Below, one piece after another: positions 12,610-34,900 of a stretch of 64,000 nucleotides of DNA. This DNA comes from Macrostomum lignano. Taxonomy: Eukaryota. Location: assembly GCA_002269645.1 (NCBI GenBank), contig NIVC01000254.1, positions 372,001 through 436,000 of the forward strand. The letters run 5' to 3'. The notes under the pieces were generated by a model, which saw only the letters and a list, made by a program, of their open reading frames with translations, ran no database searches and was not told where the DNA came from. The translations under genes and the position numbers were made by a program. How positions within the stretch are numbered: position 1 is the stretch's first letter; the number at the start of each line of letters is the position of its first letter.

Positions 12610-14280
12610 AGACAGAGAGTGGAATGGAGAGGGGAGATACAAAGGGGAAATAGAGAGAGGAGAAGAGAGGGGAGAAGAGGGGAGTTAGAGAGGGAGATAG
12701 AGAGAGGGTTGGAGTGGGGAGATAGAGGGGGAGATCGAGTGGAAGAAGAGAGGGAGATAGAGAGGGAGATAGAGGGGGAGATAAGGGGTGGGATATATAG
12801 GGAGAAGAGAGGAGAGTTAGAGGGCGAGATAGAGAGGCGAGATAGAGAGGCGAGATAGAGAGGCGGGATAGAGAGGCGAGATAGAGAGGCGGGATAGAGA
12901 GGCGAGATAGAGAGGCGAGATAGAGAGGCGAGATAGAGAGGCGAGATAGAGAGGCGAGATAGAGAGGCGAGAAAGAGAGGCGAGATAGTGATGCGAGATT
13001 AGAGAGGCGAGATAGAGAGGCGAGATAGTGATGCGAGATTAGAGAGGCGAGATAGAGAGGCGAGATAGAGAGGCGAGATAGTGATGCGAGATTAGAGAGG
13101 CGAGATAGAGAGGCGAGAAAGAGAGGCGAGATAGTGATGCGAGATTAGAGAGGCGAGATAGAGAGGCGAGATAGTGATGCGAGATTAGAGAGGCGAGATA
13201 GAGAGGCGAGATAGAGAGGCGAGATAGAGAGGCGAGATAGAGAGGCGAGATAGAGAGGCGAGATAGAGAGGCGAGATAGTGATGCGAGATTAGAGAGGCG
13301 AGATAGAGAGGCGAGATAGAGAGGCGAGATAGAGAGGCGAGATAGAGAGGCGAGATAGAGAGGCGAGAAAGAGAGGCGAGATAGTGATGCGAGATTAGAG
13401 AGGCGAGATAGAGAGGCGAGATAGTGATGCGAGATTAGAGAGGCGAGATAGAGAGGCGAGATAGAGAGGCGAGATAGTGATGCGAGATTAGAGAGGCGAG
13501 ATAGAGAGGCGAGATAGAGAGGCGAGATAGTGATGCGAGATTAGAGAGGCGAGATAGAGAGGCGAGATAGCGAGTCGAGATAGAGAGTCGAGATAGAGAG
13601 GCGAGATAGAGAGGCGAGATAGTGATGCGAGATAGAGAGTCGAGATAGAGAGGCGAGATAGAGAGGCGAGATAGAGAGGCAAGATAGTGATGCGAGATTA
13701 GAGAGGCGAGATAGAGAGGCGAGATAGAGAGGCGAGATAGAGAGGCGAGATAGAGAGGCGAGAAAGAGAGGCGAGATAGAGAGGCGAGATAGAGAGGCGA
13801 GATAGAGAGGCGAGATAGAGAGGCGGGATAGAGAGGCGGGATAGTGATGCGAGATTAGAGAATCGAGATAGAGAGGCGGGATAGAGAGGCGGGATAGAGA
13901 GGCGGGATAGAGAGGCGGGATAGAGAGGTGAGATAGAGAGGCGAGATAGAGAGGCGGGATAGAGAGGCGAGAAAGAGAGGCGAGATAGAGAGGCGAGATA
14001 GAGAGGCGGGATAGAGAGGCGGATAGAGAGGCGGGATAGAGAAGCGAGATAGAGAGGCGGGATAGAGAGGCGAGATAGAGAGGCGAGATAGAGAGGCGAG
14101 ATATGGCGGGATAGAGAGGCGGGATAGAGAGGCGGGATAGAGAGGCGGGATAGAGAGGCGAGATAGAGAGGCGGGATAGAGAGGCGAGATAGAGAGGCGA
14201 GATAGAGAGGCGAGATAGAGAGGCGAGATAGAGAGGCGAGATAGAGAGGCGGGATAGAGAGGCGGGATAGAGAGGCGGAA
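12610..14280. repeat. 13-bp minisatellite (gatagagaggcga) with a degenerate GA-rich lead-in
   Basis: Direct reading; shares the GATAGAGAGG core with the 12-bp arrays. Confidence 0.95.
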
Positions 14281-14654
14281 TTACTTGTTCAGCTGCACTT
14301 ATTGGCATGAAATTCGAGGATTAATAATTTTTTACGATCTGCCAGAATATAATTTGACACTGTCTATCCCTAATCCGCCGAAATCGAGTTACGGCAATAA
14401 AAATCCTAGCTGTGCCTTCATGATCCGCTTGCATCGGCTCTCCGAGAACCAGGCCGAGAAAACGAACAGGAAAAATTTGTATTAGCGCGGCTAGCCTGAT
14501 GGTCGTGAATTCGGGAGTGATATGCTGCGGTTGTCCCGGAACTGGAGTTCACAAAACATTCTCCCAGCTTTACAACATATATTTTTTAATGTGTAACCAG
14601 CTCCAATGATATTTGTGACATTCTCCGTGAAATTTCGTTTTTCCTTAATTTTTA

Positions 14655-15495
14655 TCCCTCTCACTGCCTCCCTCTCTCACTGCCTCCCTCTCTTACTGCC
14701 TCCCTCTCTTACTGCCTCCCTCTCACTGTCTCCCTCTCACTGCCTCCCTCTCTCACTGCCTCCCTCTCACTGCCTCCCTCTCACTGCCTCCCTCTCACTG
14801 CCTCCCTCTCACTGCCTCCCTCTCACTGCCTCCCTCTCACTGCCTCCCTCTCACTGCCTCCCTCTCACTGCCTCCCTCTCACTGCCTCCCTCTCACTGCC
14901 TCCCTCTCACTGCCTCCCTCTCTTACTGCCTCCCTCTCACTGCCTCCCTCTCACTGTCTCCCTCTCTCACTGTCTCCCTCTCACTGTCTCCCTCTCACAG
15001 TCTCCCTCTCTCACTGTCTCCCTCTCACTGTCTCCCTCTCACTGTCTCCCTCTCTCACTGTCTCCCTCTCACTTTCTCCCTCTCTCACTGCCTCCCTCTC
15101 ACTGCCTCCCTCTCACTGTCTCCCTCTCACTGTCTCCCTCTCACTGCCTCCCTCTCACTGCCTCCCTCTCACTGCCTCCCTCTCACTGCCTCCCTCTCAC
15201 TGTCTCCCTCTCACTGCCTCCCTCTCACTATCTCCCTCTCTCACTGTCTCCCTCTCACTGTCTCCCTCTCACTGTCTCCCTCTCTCACTGTCTCCCTCTC
15301 ACTGTCTCCCTCTCTCACTGTCTCCCTCTCTCACTGTCTCCCTCTCACTGTCTCCCTCTCACTGTCTCCCTCTCTCACTGTCTCCCTCTCACTTTCTCCC
15401 TCTCTCACTGTCTCCCTCTCACTGTCTCCCTCTCACTGTCTCCCTCTCTCACTGTCTCCCTCTCACTGCCTCCCTCTCACTGCCTCCCTCTTCTC
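14655..15495. repeat. 14/16-bp minisatellite (ctcactg[c/t]ctccct)
   Basis: Direct reading. Confidence 0.95.
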
Positions 15496-15859
15496 TGCCT
15501 CTATCCTTTTCTTACTCTCTGTGGTGTCGAAGACTTCACGCCAGGTCGATGCCCCGTCAAAATCTTGAAACTCCTCCGTTTTCCTCCAATTTCCCCTTTC
15601 TGTGTCGATATTCGCGCTTCGCAACAGAATCAAATTACAAAATCCGTTACAGCAGACAGTTGCCGCGGCAGGCTCGCGTCCTCAGATTGATTGATGTCGC
15701 TGATAATGCGGCCTTCGACTCGAGTAATGGGGAAAAGTGAGGCCCAGCAATGTTTGAGCACGCGAGTGACGGAGTGCATTGATAAACTTGCCTGATCCCC
15801 CACTTCATCTCCCTGCGCATGCAAATTAGCTGGGCGAATACGTCCCTAATCTCAAGGAT

Positions 15860-16115
<256 letters not shown>

Positions 16116-16527
16116 CTTTTTTAACAAGCACAAATTTGTCTCCATGAGAAACTTTATATTCTTTTGAGAGCTGAGAAAAATTGGTTTTAAAATTTTTGAT
16201 TCAGTGCTTCTGCACTCAAGATATTTTTCGATGAAAACGACGTAGAAGACACAGTAAAAAATAAAGCTTGCATTGACTGCATTTCTAAAATCTTTTTTTA
16301 CAAATAAGGTAAATCGTTGAGAACTAGGTTGAGATTCATGAGTAATTATTCAAAGTCCTATCTATTGATTCCATTAGCTTAAAAACTGAAATAAACACAA
16401 GAGCGCAGCATTAAGTGACATTTTTAAACAAAATTATGTAGTTAATGACTTCTTCATTTCATACCAGAAGTGCTGAACGTACCATTATTTACAGGACTGT
16501 GAAATCATGTTTTTATGCAGCTTCGTG

Positions 16528-17148
16528 CCTCAGATCCTTCAGTGCCTGCTGCCCCTCCCCTCAGATCCTTCAGTGCCTGCTGCCCCTCCCCTCAGATCCT
16601 TCAGTGCCTGCTGCCCCTCCCCTCAGATCCTTCAGTGCCTGCTGCCCCTCCCCTCAGATCCTTCAGTGCCTGCTGCCCCTCCCCTCATATCCTTCAGTGC
16701 CTGCTGCCCCTCCCCTCATATCCTTCAGTGCCTGCTGCCCCTCCCCTCAGATCCTTCAGTGCCTGCTGCCCCTCCCTCATATCCTTCAGTGCCTGCTGCC
16801 CCTCCCCTCAGATCCTTCAGTGCCTGCTGCCCCTCCCCTCATATCCTTCAGTGCCTGCTGCCCCTCCCCTCAGATCCTTCAGTGCCTGCTGCCCCTCCCC
16901 TCAGATCCTTCAGTGCCTGCTGCCCCTCCCCTCATATCCTTCAGTGCCTGCTGCCCCTCCCCTCAGATCCTTCAGTGCCTGCTGCCCCTCCCCTCATATC
17001 CTTCAGTGCCTGCTGCCCCTCCCCTCAGATCCTTCAGTGCCTGCTGCCCCTCCCCTCAGATCCTTCAGTGCCTGCTGCCCCTCCCCTCATATCCTTCAGT
17101 GCCTGCTGCCCCTCCCCTCAGATCCTTCAGTGCCTGCTGCCCCTCCCT
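16528..17148. repeat. 31-bp minisatellite (cagatccttcagtgcctgctgcccctcccct) immediately 3' of the GPCR stop
   Basis: About 20 near-perfect units. Confidence 0.96.
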
Positions 17149-17194
17149 TTTCAGGTCACCAAACAAACCGAACTGCAACTTCAGGCAGTGGATC

Positions 17195-18415
17195 TCAGAG
17201 CGCGTTTTCCTCTGCAGGTTTTGCCGGTCCCGCACCCCCAGCAGCCGCCGTATTGACCGCCGAGCCCCTACACGCCCTCAAAGCGATGTAGTTCCGCATG
17301 CCATCTTGCTGTTGCCTCGACCTCTTAGCGTCCGACAAGCGGAAGATGACTCGCACGGTTTCCCGGAAACTGTTGCTGGTGCTGCTGTAGATGATGAAGT
17401 TGCTGAAGCTGTCCAAGCACACCAGGATGTTGCCAATAAAGGTGGTATGCGTTCGAACTTCGGCATAATTAGACAGAGTTCGGAACACCGTCCGATTCAG
17501 GACGAAAAACACGAATGTGGGCAGCTCGCAGACGATGAAGGCCAGCATCAGCACCATGACGGTCTTTGTGGCGGCGTCCTGACTCACCCGGGCCGCTGCC
17601 TGGCTGCTCTGCGGCTGCGGCTGTTGAAACTCCCGACGGCGCCGAAGAGTGACAACGATGAGGAAGCTCAAGCCGGCGATGAGCAGTATGGGCAGGATGG
17701 TCTGCAGCGGGAACAGCAGCATGGTCTTGTAGTAACCGTAGGCTGGGATAGCATCCAGGATGTAGTGCGAATTGGTAGTCAGCAGGTACTCAACCGCAGT
17801 AGAGTCGTTCAGCCCAGCGGTAGAGTTGCATGGCAGCCGGTAGACTATCCAGGTGAACTCGAACAGACGCGGGGTGTAAACCCCCAGACTCACTATGCTC
17901 AACACGATGTAGCCTAGCAGGGTTCGACTCGGACTAAACGTCTGACCGCTTCTCGTGCTCAGCGGGTTGCGCACCGCCTCGCAACGGGTGCCAGCGATCA
18001 TGACGAGGCACCAGTTCCTGATCATGATGTACCCGTTGAACAGCATGAAGGACAGGAAGAACAATCCAGTGATGGCGTTGGGAAAACTCGAAAATTCGCG
18101 CTCCTTTCCCACGCTGAGCATGACGCCAAGATTCACCGACATGCAGATGTTGAGCACAGTCTCAGACAGTGATAGCAGAAGCAGCAACCGACGCATGCTG
18201 ACATTTTTTCGATCGAGAACGAATACAATTAATGAGAATCCGTTTGTGACAGCGTTGAGAGTGGCCAGAATGCAGGTGATCCACAGGTAGATTGTTATCT
18301 CTTGACCTTCGCTTGGAGACCCGCCGACATTGCCGGTTGAGGCGCCGTTGCTCAAATTCGACGCCTGAAGTTCGCGACTCAGACACTCGCCCGGCGTAGC
18401 CAGGTGAGCAAGCAT
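17195..18415 (-). CDS. Intronless class A (rhodopsin-like) GPCR, FMRFamide/peptide-receptor-like, 406 aa
   Basis: Seven hydrophobic segments. N in TM1 (AVTNGF), TM3 end IAGTRCEAVRNP (DRY equivalent), TM6 FIVCELP, TM7 DSFSNFIIY, N-terminal N-glycosylation sequon. Confidence 0.92.
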   Translation of the reverse strand: MLAHLATPGECLSRELQASNLSNGASTGNVGGSPSEGQEITIYLWITCILATLNAVTNGFSLIVFVLDRKNVSMRRLLLLLSLSETVLNICMSVNLGVMLSVGKEREFSSFPNAITGLFFLSFMLFNGYIMIRNWCLVMIAGTRCEAVRNPLSTRSGQTFSPSRTLLGYIVLSIVSLGVYTPRLFEFTWIVYRLPCNSTAGLNDSTAVEYLLTTNSHYILDAIPAYGYYKTMLLFPLQTILPILLIAGLSFLIVVTLRRRREFQQPQPQSSQAAARVSQDAATKTVMVLMLAFIVCELPTFVFFVLNRTVFRTLSNYAEVRTHTTFIGNILVCLDSFSNFIIYSSTSNSFRETVRVIFRLSDAKRSRQQQDGMRNYIALRACRGSAVNTAAAGGAGPAKPAEENAL

Positions 18416-18634
18416 TTCCAGGAACTCAATAGAAATTTAAGAAAAGATTTTGCATTCGTCTGACACATACAGCAAGTTTAGGAAGTTCCCGAGGTATGAA
18501 GGTACAGTTCTTAGACGGTAAAATGCGTTTGTAGGCTCGCCATTGGCTAAGACTGACGGGTCCAATCAGATTGCTGAATCCAGAGCTTCGTCATCTCCAG
18601 CATCTGCCAGAAAAATTAAGCATTAAAAAATTCC

Positions 18635-20972
18635 CCTTACACTCAGCAGTAAACAATTCCCCCCCCCACACTCAGTAGTAAACAATTCCCCCTCACACTC
18701 AGCAGTAAACAGTTCCCCCTAACACTCAGCAGTAAACAATTCCCCCCCCCTGACACTCAGCAGTAAACAGTTCCTCCTCACACTCAGCAGTAAACAATTC
18801 CCCCTCACACTCAGCAGTAAACAGTTCCCCCTCACACTCAGCAGTAAACAATTCCCCCCCCACACTCAGCAGTAAACAATTCCCCCTCACACTCAGCAGT
18901 AAACAATTCCCCTCACACTCAGCAGTAAATAGTTCCCCCTCACACTCAGCAGTAAACAATTCCCCCTCACACTCAGCAGTAAACAATTCCCCCCACACTC
19001 AGCAGTAAACAGTTCCCCTCACACTCAGCAGTAAACAGTTCCCCCTAACACTCAGCAGTAAACAATCCCCCCCCCCTGACACTCAGCAGTAAACAGTTCC
19101 TCCTCACACTCAGCAGTAAACAATTCCCCTCACACTCAGCAGTAAACAATTCCCCTCACACTCAGCAGTAAACAATTCCCCCCACACTCAGCAGTAAACA
19201 ATTCCCCCTCACACTCAGCAGTAAACAATTCCCCTCACACTCAGCAGTAAACAGTTCCCCCTCACACTCAGCAGTAAACAATTCCCCCTCACACTCAGCA
19301 GTAAACAATTCCCCCCACACTCAGCAGTAAACAATTCCCCTCACACTCAGCAGTAAACAGTTCCCCTCACACTCAGCAGTAAACAATTCCCCCCACACTC
19401 AGCAGTAAACAATTCCCCCTCACACTCAGCAGTAAACAATTCCCCCCACACTCAGCAGTAAACAGTTCCCCCTCACACTCAGCAGTAAACAATTCCCCCC
19501 TCACACTCAGCAGTAAACAGTTCCCCCTCACACTCAGCAGTGAACAGTTCCTCCTCACACTCAGCAGTAAACAGTTCCTCCTCACACTCAGCAGTAAACA
19601 ATTCGCCCTCACACTCAGCAGTAAACAGTTCCCCCTCACACTCAGCAGTAAACAGTTCCTCCTCACACTCAGCAGTAAACAATTTCACCCGCTACACTCA
19701 GCAGTAACAATTCCCCTCGCCACACTCAGCAGTAAACAATTCCCCCCGCCACACTCAGCAGTAAACAATTCCCCCCGCCACACTCAGCAGTAAACAATTC
19801 CCCCCCCCTCACACTCAGCAGTAAACAATTCTCCCTCACACTCAGCAGTAAACAATTTCCCCTCACACTCAGCAGTAAACAATTCCCCTCACACTCAGCA
19901 GTAAACAATTTCCCCTCACACTCAGCAGTAAACAATTTCCCCTCACACTCAGCAGTAAACAATTTCCCCTCACACTCAGCAGTAAACAGTTCCCCCTCAC
20001 ACTCAGCAGTAAACAATTCCCCCCACACTCAGCAGTAAACAATTCCCCTCACACTCAGCAGTAAACAATTCCCCCCACCCCACACTCAGCAGTAAAAAAT
20101 TCCCCTCACACTCAGCAGTAAACAATAATCCCCTCACACTCAGCAGTAAACAATTCCCTGCACACTCAGTAGTAAAAAATTCCCCCCACCCCACACTCAG
20201 CAGTAAACAGTTCCCCCTCACACTCAGCAGTAAACAGTCCCCCCCACACTCAGCAGTAAAAAATTCCCCTCACACTCAGCAGAAAACAATTCCCCTCACA
20301 CTCAGCAGTAAACAATTCCCCTCACACTCAGCAGTAAACAATTCCCCCCACACTCAGCAGTAAAAAATTCCCCTCACACTCAGCAGTAAACAATAATCCC
20401 CTCACACTCAGCAGTAAACAATTCCCTGCACACTCAGTAGTAAAAAATTCCCCCCACCCCACACTCAGCAGTAAACAGTTCCCCCTCACACTCAGCAGTA
20501 AACAATAATCCCCTCACACTCAGCAGTAAACAATTCCCTGCACACTCAGTAGTAAAAAATTCCCCCCACCCCACACTCAGCAGTAAACAGTTCCCCCTCA
20601 CACTCAGCAGTAAACAGTCCCCCCCACACTCAGCAGTAAAAAATTCCCCTCACACTCAGCAGAAAACAATTCCCCTCACACTCAGCAGTAAACAATTTCC
20701 CCTCACACTCAGCAGTAAACAATTCCCCTCACACTCAGCAGTAAACAGTCCCCCCCCCCACACTCAGCAGTAAAAAATTCCCCTCACACTCAGCAGTAAA
20801 CAATAATCCCCTCACACTCAGCAGTAAACAATTCCCCTCACACTCAGCAGTAAACAATTTCCCCTCACACTCAGCAGTAAACAATTCCCTGCACACTCAG
20901 TAGTAAAAAATTCCCCCCACCCCACACTCAGCAGTAAACAGTTCCCCCTCACACTCAGCAGAAAACAATTCC
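18635..20972. repeat. About 27-bp minisatellite (cacactcagcagtaaacaattcccc[c]n) upstream of the GPCR
   Basis: About 85 units; length varies through the C-run. Confidence 0.96.
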
Positions 20973-21564
20973 CCGAACAAAAAGTCAAGACAACACCATA
21001 TTAAGACCTGTCAGTTGGGTGTAATGATTGCACGACTTTAATTAACACTTGGTAAGACAAATCAATTAGCCGCATATTAATATTTTGTTACACCAAAACT
21101 GGCCACAACAATTAAGCAATAATTTTTTGCCTTGCACCAATAACGAAATAGAATTGAGTTTAAAAAATTAAGCAAAATAAAACAGAAGGTTGTTTAAAAT
21201 TGTTCTCTTTTAAAACTCGGGAACGAGTCATAAACAGACTAGATAGACTGACAAATGTACTTTTACTTAACCTAAGTAGTTCGCATAAACGGTGCACATC
21301 GTAAATGTAATGTAATACAAACCTAAGAGATATTAAGTTTACAACTATATTAAATGAAACAAAAATACTCTGATATGTAATAATCGTGATCAGTACAGAT
21401 AATGATATTGCAGCAGCCACACTGCATAATGTGCCATACATTTCTACCTGTGTCATTTGCAGTAACAGGTGTACCGGTAATGTCGATGCAGATGGAAGTT
21501 CGGGGTTGGAAATTTCATCCAAGCACAAATACTAATTATTATTCACGGCCTGTTATTATTGTTG

Positions 21565-21611
<47 letters not shown>

Positions 21612-21636
21612 TGACTGACAGACAGACAGACTGACT

Positions 21637-21667
<31 letters not shown>

Positions 21668-21682
21668 TGACTGACAGACAGA
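21565..21682. repeat. (CAGA)n microsatellite
   Basis: Direct reading. Confidence 0.95.
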
Positions 21683-21789
21683 TACTAAGACAGCCATCAT
21701 GAGATGAAATCGCAAACAGCCATTGAGACATCGATCAGCTGTCGCACTCGGCTATTTTCAATCATCAATTCGCCAGCCGAAAAGCGGGC

Positions 21790-30277
<8,488 letters not shown>

Positions 30278-31906
30278 TTAAAATCCAAGCACTGAAAACT
30301 GCTCTATTAGTTTTAGATTGTAGAAGCTCAAAAAAGTAAACTGAAAAGGAAATTTCAAATTTTAAATAAAAATAAAAACATGTAGCGAACCTATTTTTTA
30401 TTTTTAAATCGATTATAAAAAACTAGAAATAAAATTGAATGTACATAAAAATTCCTATGTTATTAAGTTATCAATTTGTTAAATACTCATGACAAAAGGA
30501 TAGTATGGTGCCCATGACATGTTATTATAATTATTTATTATAGTACATCTATGTTTTTTATAGCATTACTATAGTGGAATATGAATTATAAAGACATGAA
30601 AACGAGATATCCATAAAAAATTTCTTGTTTCAACTTCAATATGACTATTGTCCAGAAAGACCAAATTATAACTTACATCCTATGTATACATCATGTTTTG
30701 TAGTAGGAAACATGTATACATATGCACATAGGGTTAAAGATAGTCCTGAAAATTCAAATAAGCTTAATTAACATGACCTACAAAAATTCCGTCACTGTAG
30801 TTATAAATTTAGTATTACAAGTATTACTACTTAATCATCAGACAACAGTAAAAACTTATCAAGATATTAATTACATTTCGTTTTCTCATACCCGTGTCGA
30901 TCTGTACATTTATCTGGATCTGTAAATCTTATGTCTTATCTAGTAGTTAAATGTGAGATATGCACATATTAACAACGTTTAGAGCCAAATTAATCAAATA
31001 ATTTAAATTTGTGCCGTTTTTTAATCGCAGTTTTTAACGACTGTCACTATGCAAGCTAGGAACTATCTGAATTCCAAAAAACCACAAGCTATTGCTTCCA
31101 ATAGACAGAATCAGAAAATTCGTCTTTGCGGAAAGTCACACATTTACGTTTTAACATGCAAAATTTTAATGGCAACATTTCAGTATTAAAAAATTACTGT
31201 CTAGCAAAGTTCAGCTAAAATAAGCAATTTGTTCTTTCTTGTTACTTTTTACTAAAAAAATTTTTCTCAAACTGAAATAGTAAGATGAATCTCAAAGGGC
31301 AAACTGGCTGAGAAATTATGAACGGTATGCTAGTCAATTTGTTTTTATGCACTGTATTTTTCAAACTTGTTTCATGTGCGTTCACTCAACTCTCGCTCGC
31401 TCGCTTAGTCGTCCTCTTCGAATTGAAATTTATTTACTGAAATTATCATCAAATAAAAACTTACACCCTGGCTATATTATCAACTCAGTTTAATTTTCTA
31501 TATAACGACTGAATATTGTTCTTAATCTCTGTGATCTGTTAGTATTACCATTTATCAGAGCTGTAGGCCGTAGGGCCGTAGGGCGTAGATTTACTAGCTC
31601 ACGTGCGTTTTAGACCGGCTACACTACACCTACATAATATAATTACTATTAATAGTATTATAATATAAGCCTTTTATCTGCCATTGGGCATTGACATCCT
31701 AGAGTTAGTGGATCTCAGTCTAAGTGTCACATAGTCCTACTAGCTGCCGATTGTTAATTGTTCTAGGCCTACTAACTATTATTCTGTTCTGTCTACTAGG
31801 CCTATACAGTTCTTTACATCCTTTTTCTTTCCATCTTTCTCATCTCTTTGTCATCTCTCTATCTTTTCATTAGTTATTTTCAAGTATTTACTTCCTCTTT
31901 AACAGA

Positions 31907-34900
31907 ATGAATTCATGTGTTAATATTTGGCAAAGTCCTTTTTTAAAGTATTTTACTTCTCAACAACATCATCGTTGGTTTCGTAGTAGGGCTGCTTCAT
32001 CAGTTATTGTCAACATACTGGCAGTGCTTCTTATTGCATCTGAGAGGTTAGTATAGTTTTCATATTTTTAAAATATTATAACTTCAAATTTAATAATTAT
32101 CACTATAATCAAAATATAATAATAGATATTCAATAACATATTTTATAAACAGCCTTTGCATCATATAAAATAAGCAATCAAAGGTTTCAACCCATTTTGA
32201 CAAAAAATTTTTTGGTGAAAGTCAATAATGGCAAAAAATAGGCCTAGGCCTACTTTTGCAATGACCATTTTGTCTAAAGCTAGGCCCCCTAACCATTTTG
32301 GCAAAAGATTTGTTCCAAGCTTCACTGAAGAGTTTTTGTTATTTTAGAATAAAGTAAAAAAATGACAAACTTTATGAAGACTAATTTTGTCATGATATAT
32401 TTTTGTTTTGTCATAATTTAATTTAGTTATTTTATTAGATGCCATTCCATTGCATTAATGGGATTTCAAAGTATGATTTTAGGAACTGGAAAATTATGGA
32501 AAAACCACACTGTCATCATCCCTAATCTATCAACTGCATATTGATAAATCGCATATATACTGGGATAGAATTCTTGTATTTCTTAAGTCAAACGGAATTA
32601 TGCAATTTTTTTATGGCGCACAAAATATTTTTATTGGTCGCATTTTTTATTTTGGTACTTAGCATGTCGCAAAATAATGAAGTAATGGAATAATGAAAGG
32701 CAATAACAAAAAATGCATTCTAAGAGAATGTAGTGATTTGAATTTTTATCCAAATATGTATGTTAGAGAATGTTACAAGTTTCTACTTTTTATAGAATTT
32801 TTCGAAATTTTACTTTTGTGCCTTATTTAGTTTTTACTTTTTATTCTTTTTTTCTTCGTGATCTTAGTTAGTAGGATTATCTTTTGCAAAATCCAATATC
32901 TCAAGCGCACTTTTGCATATATTAAGAATTATTGTCTGAAATTCTGCGACGCATTTTTTCCAGATTTTTTTATGCAAAATCGCATTTTTTCGCACAATCG
33001 AATAATGCGTTGTGATTTTTCTGCAAGAATTCCATCCAGGCATATATATAACATAGCTACGAGCTAAGTCATGAGTTTCTAAATTTTCTGATTGCAAATA
33101 ATTTGCAGCAATGACCAATTTATTATAAGCTTTAATCACCAAAGTGGTATATTTCATTTGCAATTATATACATAGCTGATCTTTTCACCAAACTAGTCAC
33201 TTTCTTTTGCCAAAATATACATCCATCCCTAATACTAAAACTGACATGTTGTTTGTTTGTATGTTTGTAACATAACTCCTCCTAGGCTACTTGCAACTCA
33301 GTGTTGAAACTTATATGGGAAAACTGCAAAGGGGATGTCAACTTAAGCACCAGAATGGAGCCCAAAGTTCAGCTCCAGACCAAACTGACTGCAATTGATA
33401 ACTTGTCGGCCTAGACGACTAGAATCGCCGAGACATCCCATCCGGCTCCCTTCCTTGGGGTCCCAGGGGATAAAGGGGATAAAATAGGGATCTCATGTCA
33501 ACTTAAGGCTCTGGAATGGAGCTCCAAGTTCAGCTCCAGACCAAACTGACTGCAATCGATAACTTGTTGGCCCAGATGACTAGAATCGCTGAGACATCCC
33601 ATCCGGCTCCTTTCCTTGGGGTCCCAGGGGATAAAAGGGATAAAATGGGGATCTCATGTCAACTTAAGGCTCTGGAATGGAGCCTAAAGTTCAGCTCTGG
33701 ACCAAACCAACTGCAATCGATAACTTGTTGGCCCAGACGACTAGAATTGCCGAGACATCCCATCTGGCTCCCTTCCTTGGGGTCCCAGGGGATAAAGGGG
33801 ATAAAATGGGGATCTCATGTCAACTTAAGGCTCTGGAATGGAGCCTGAAGTTTAGCTCCGGACCAAACCGACTGCAATCGATAACTTGTCGGCCCAGACA
33901 ACTAGAATCGCCAAGACATCCCATCTGGCTCCCTTCCTTGGGGTGACTGAAACTCCTTTTGCTGGCCACTAGACTGTTGCTCAGTAGGCTTCCGCTGCTG
34001 TGGTAAAGCATTTTCTCTGGCATAAAGTCTGGCAACAAGGCTGCGTGGAAGAGCGGAATCAACGAAGCGAAGGCTAGCACCAGACCTTCGATAGCTATTT
34101 TGGTGGTACGTAGCAGCCCAGGAGTTTGAGCACTGCCATTACATGACAATCGCAGCCTGCAGTCCTACTTCCAGCTTTTGCAGACAAATAGTAGCCATGA
34201 AAAAGTTGCAATCCTGGATCTCTAAAACCAAAGCAATTGTCCGCTGCTATCACACACTCTAAGAATCACGCGGTAGGATTTTGAATTATGGCGCGAGAAA
34301 ACGACAGCTAGAAAAATCAAGACAAATGCCACCGACTGAATAGTTTGCTCCCGTTTTCTAGCGGCGTCTCTTGCCAAAACTTCCAACACTCCCGGCGGCT
34401 CGGATGTGTAACTCAAAGTCTCTCCAGGAGTCACCTTCGTAGCTACCAAGAACCTCCTTGACACGAATGTTTTGAATGTAATAATTGGCTTGATTTAGTT
34501 GATATAGACCCACCGAAACCTCTGACAAATTCACTGTGTGAATTCGGGGGAACCCCGAGCTTTTTGGATCTAGCGGGTTGACAGCAATCCATGCCCTTGT
34601 GTTAGCAGGGGGGCACGCTTCAGATCACAGTTGAAGTGTAGCTGCTTAATTTCGTCCAGTTCGTTGGACAAGAGCACTTGGCGCATGAAATTCTGACCGA
34701 ATTTGAATAACAATAGCCTTGTCCATGATGGTGGAGCTGTTTAAATGATTCAAAACCTGGATGCGCCCGGTTGTACTTTGCCATCGAGGTCTCGATAACA
34801 ACGTCTAATCGGCTGGGCTCACTGAAGCTGGCTGACGGCAGCCACTGATATGGTTCGTGCCTCTCGTTAACACATTAGTCCTGCTTAATGGCAGCAAAGT

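Noticed and set aside
16445-17917. 490-aa plus-strand ORF
   Set aside because: It is the 31-bp array joined to the antisense of the GPCR CDS.
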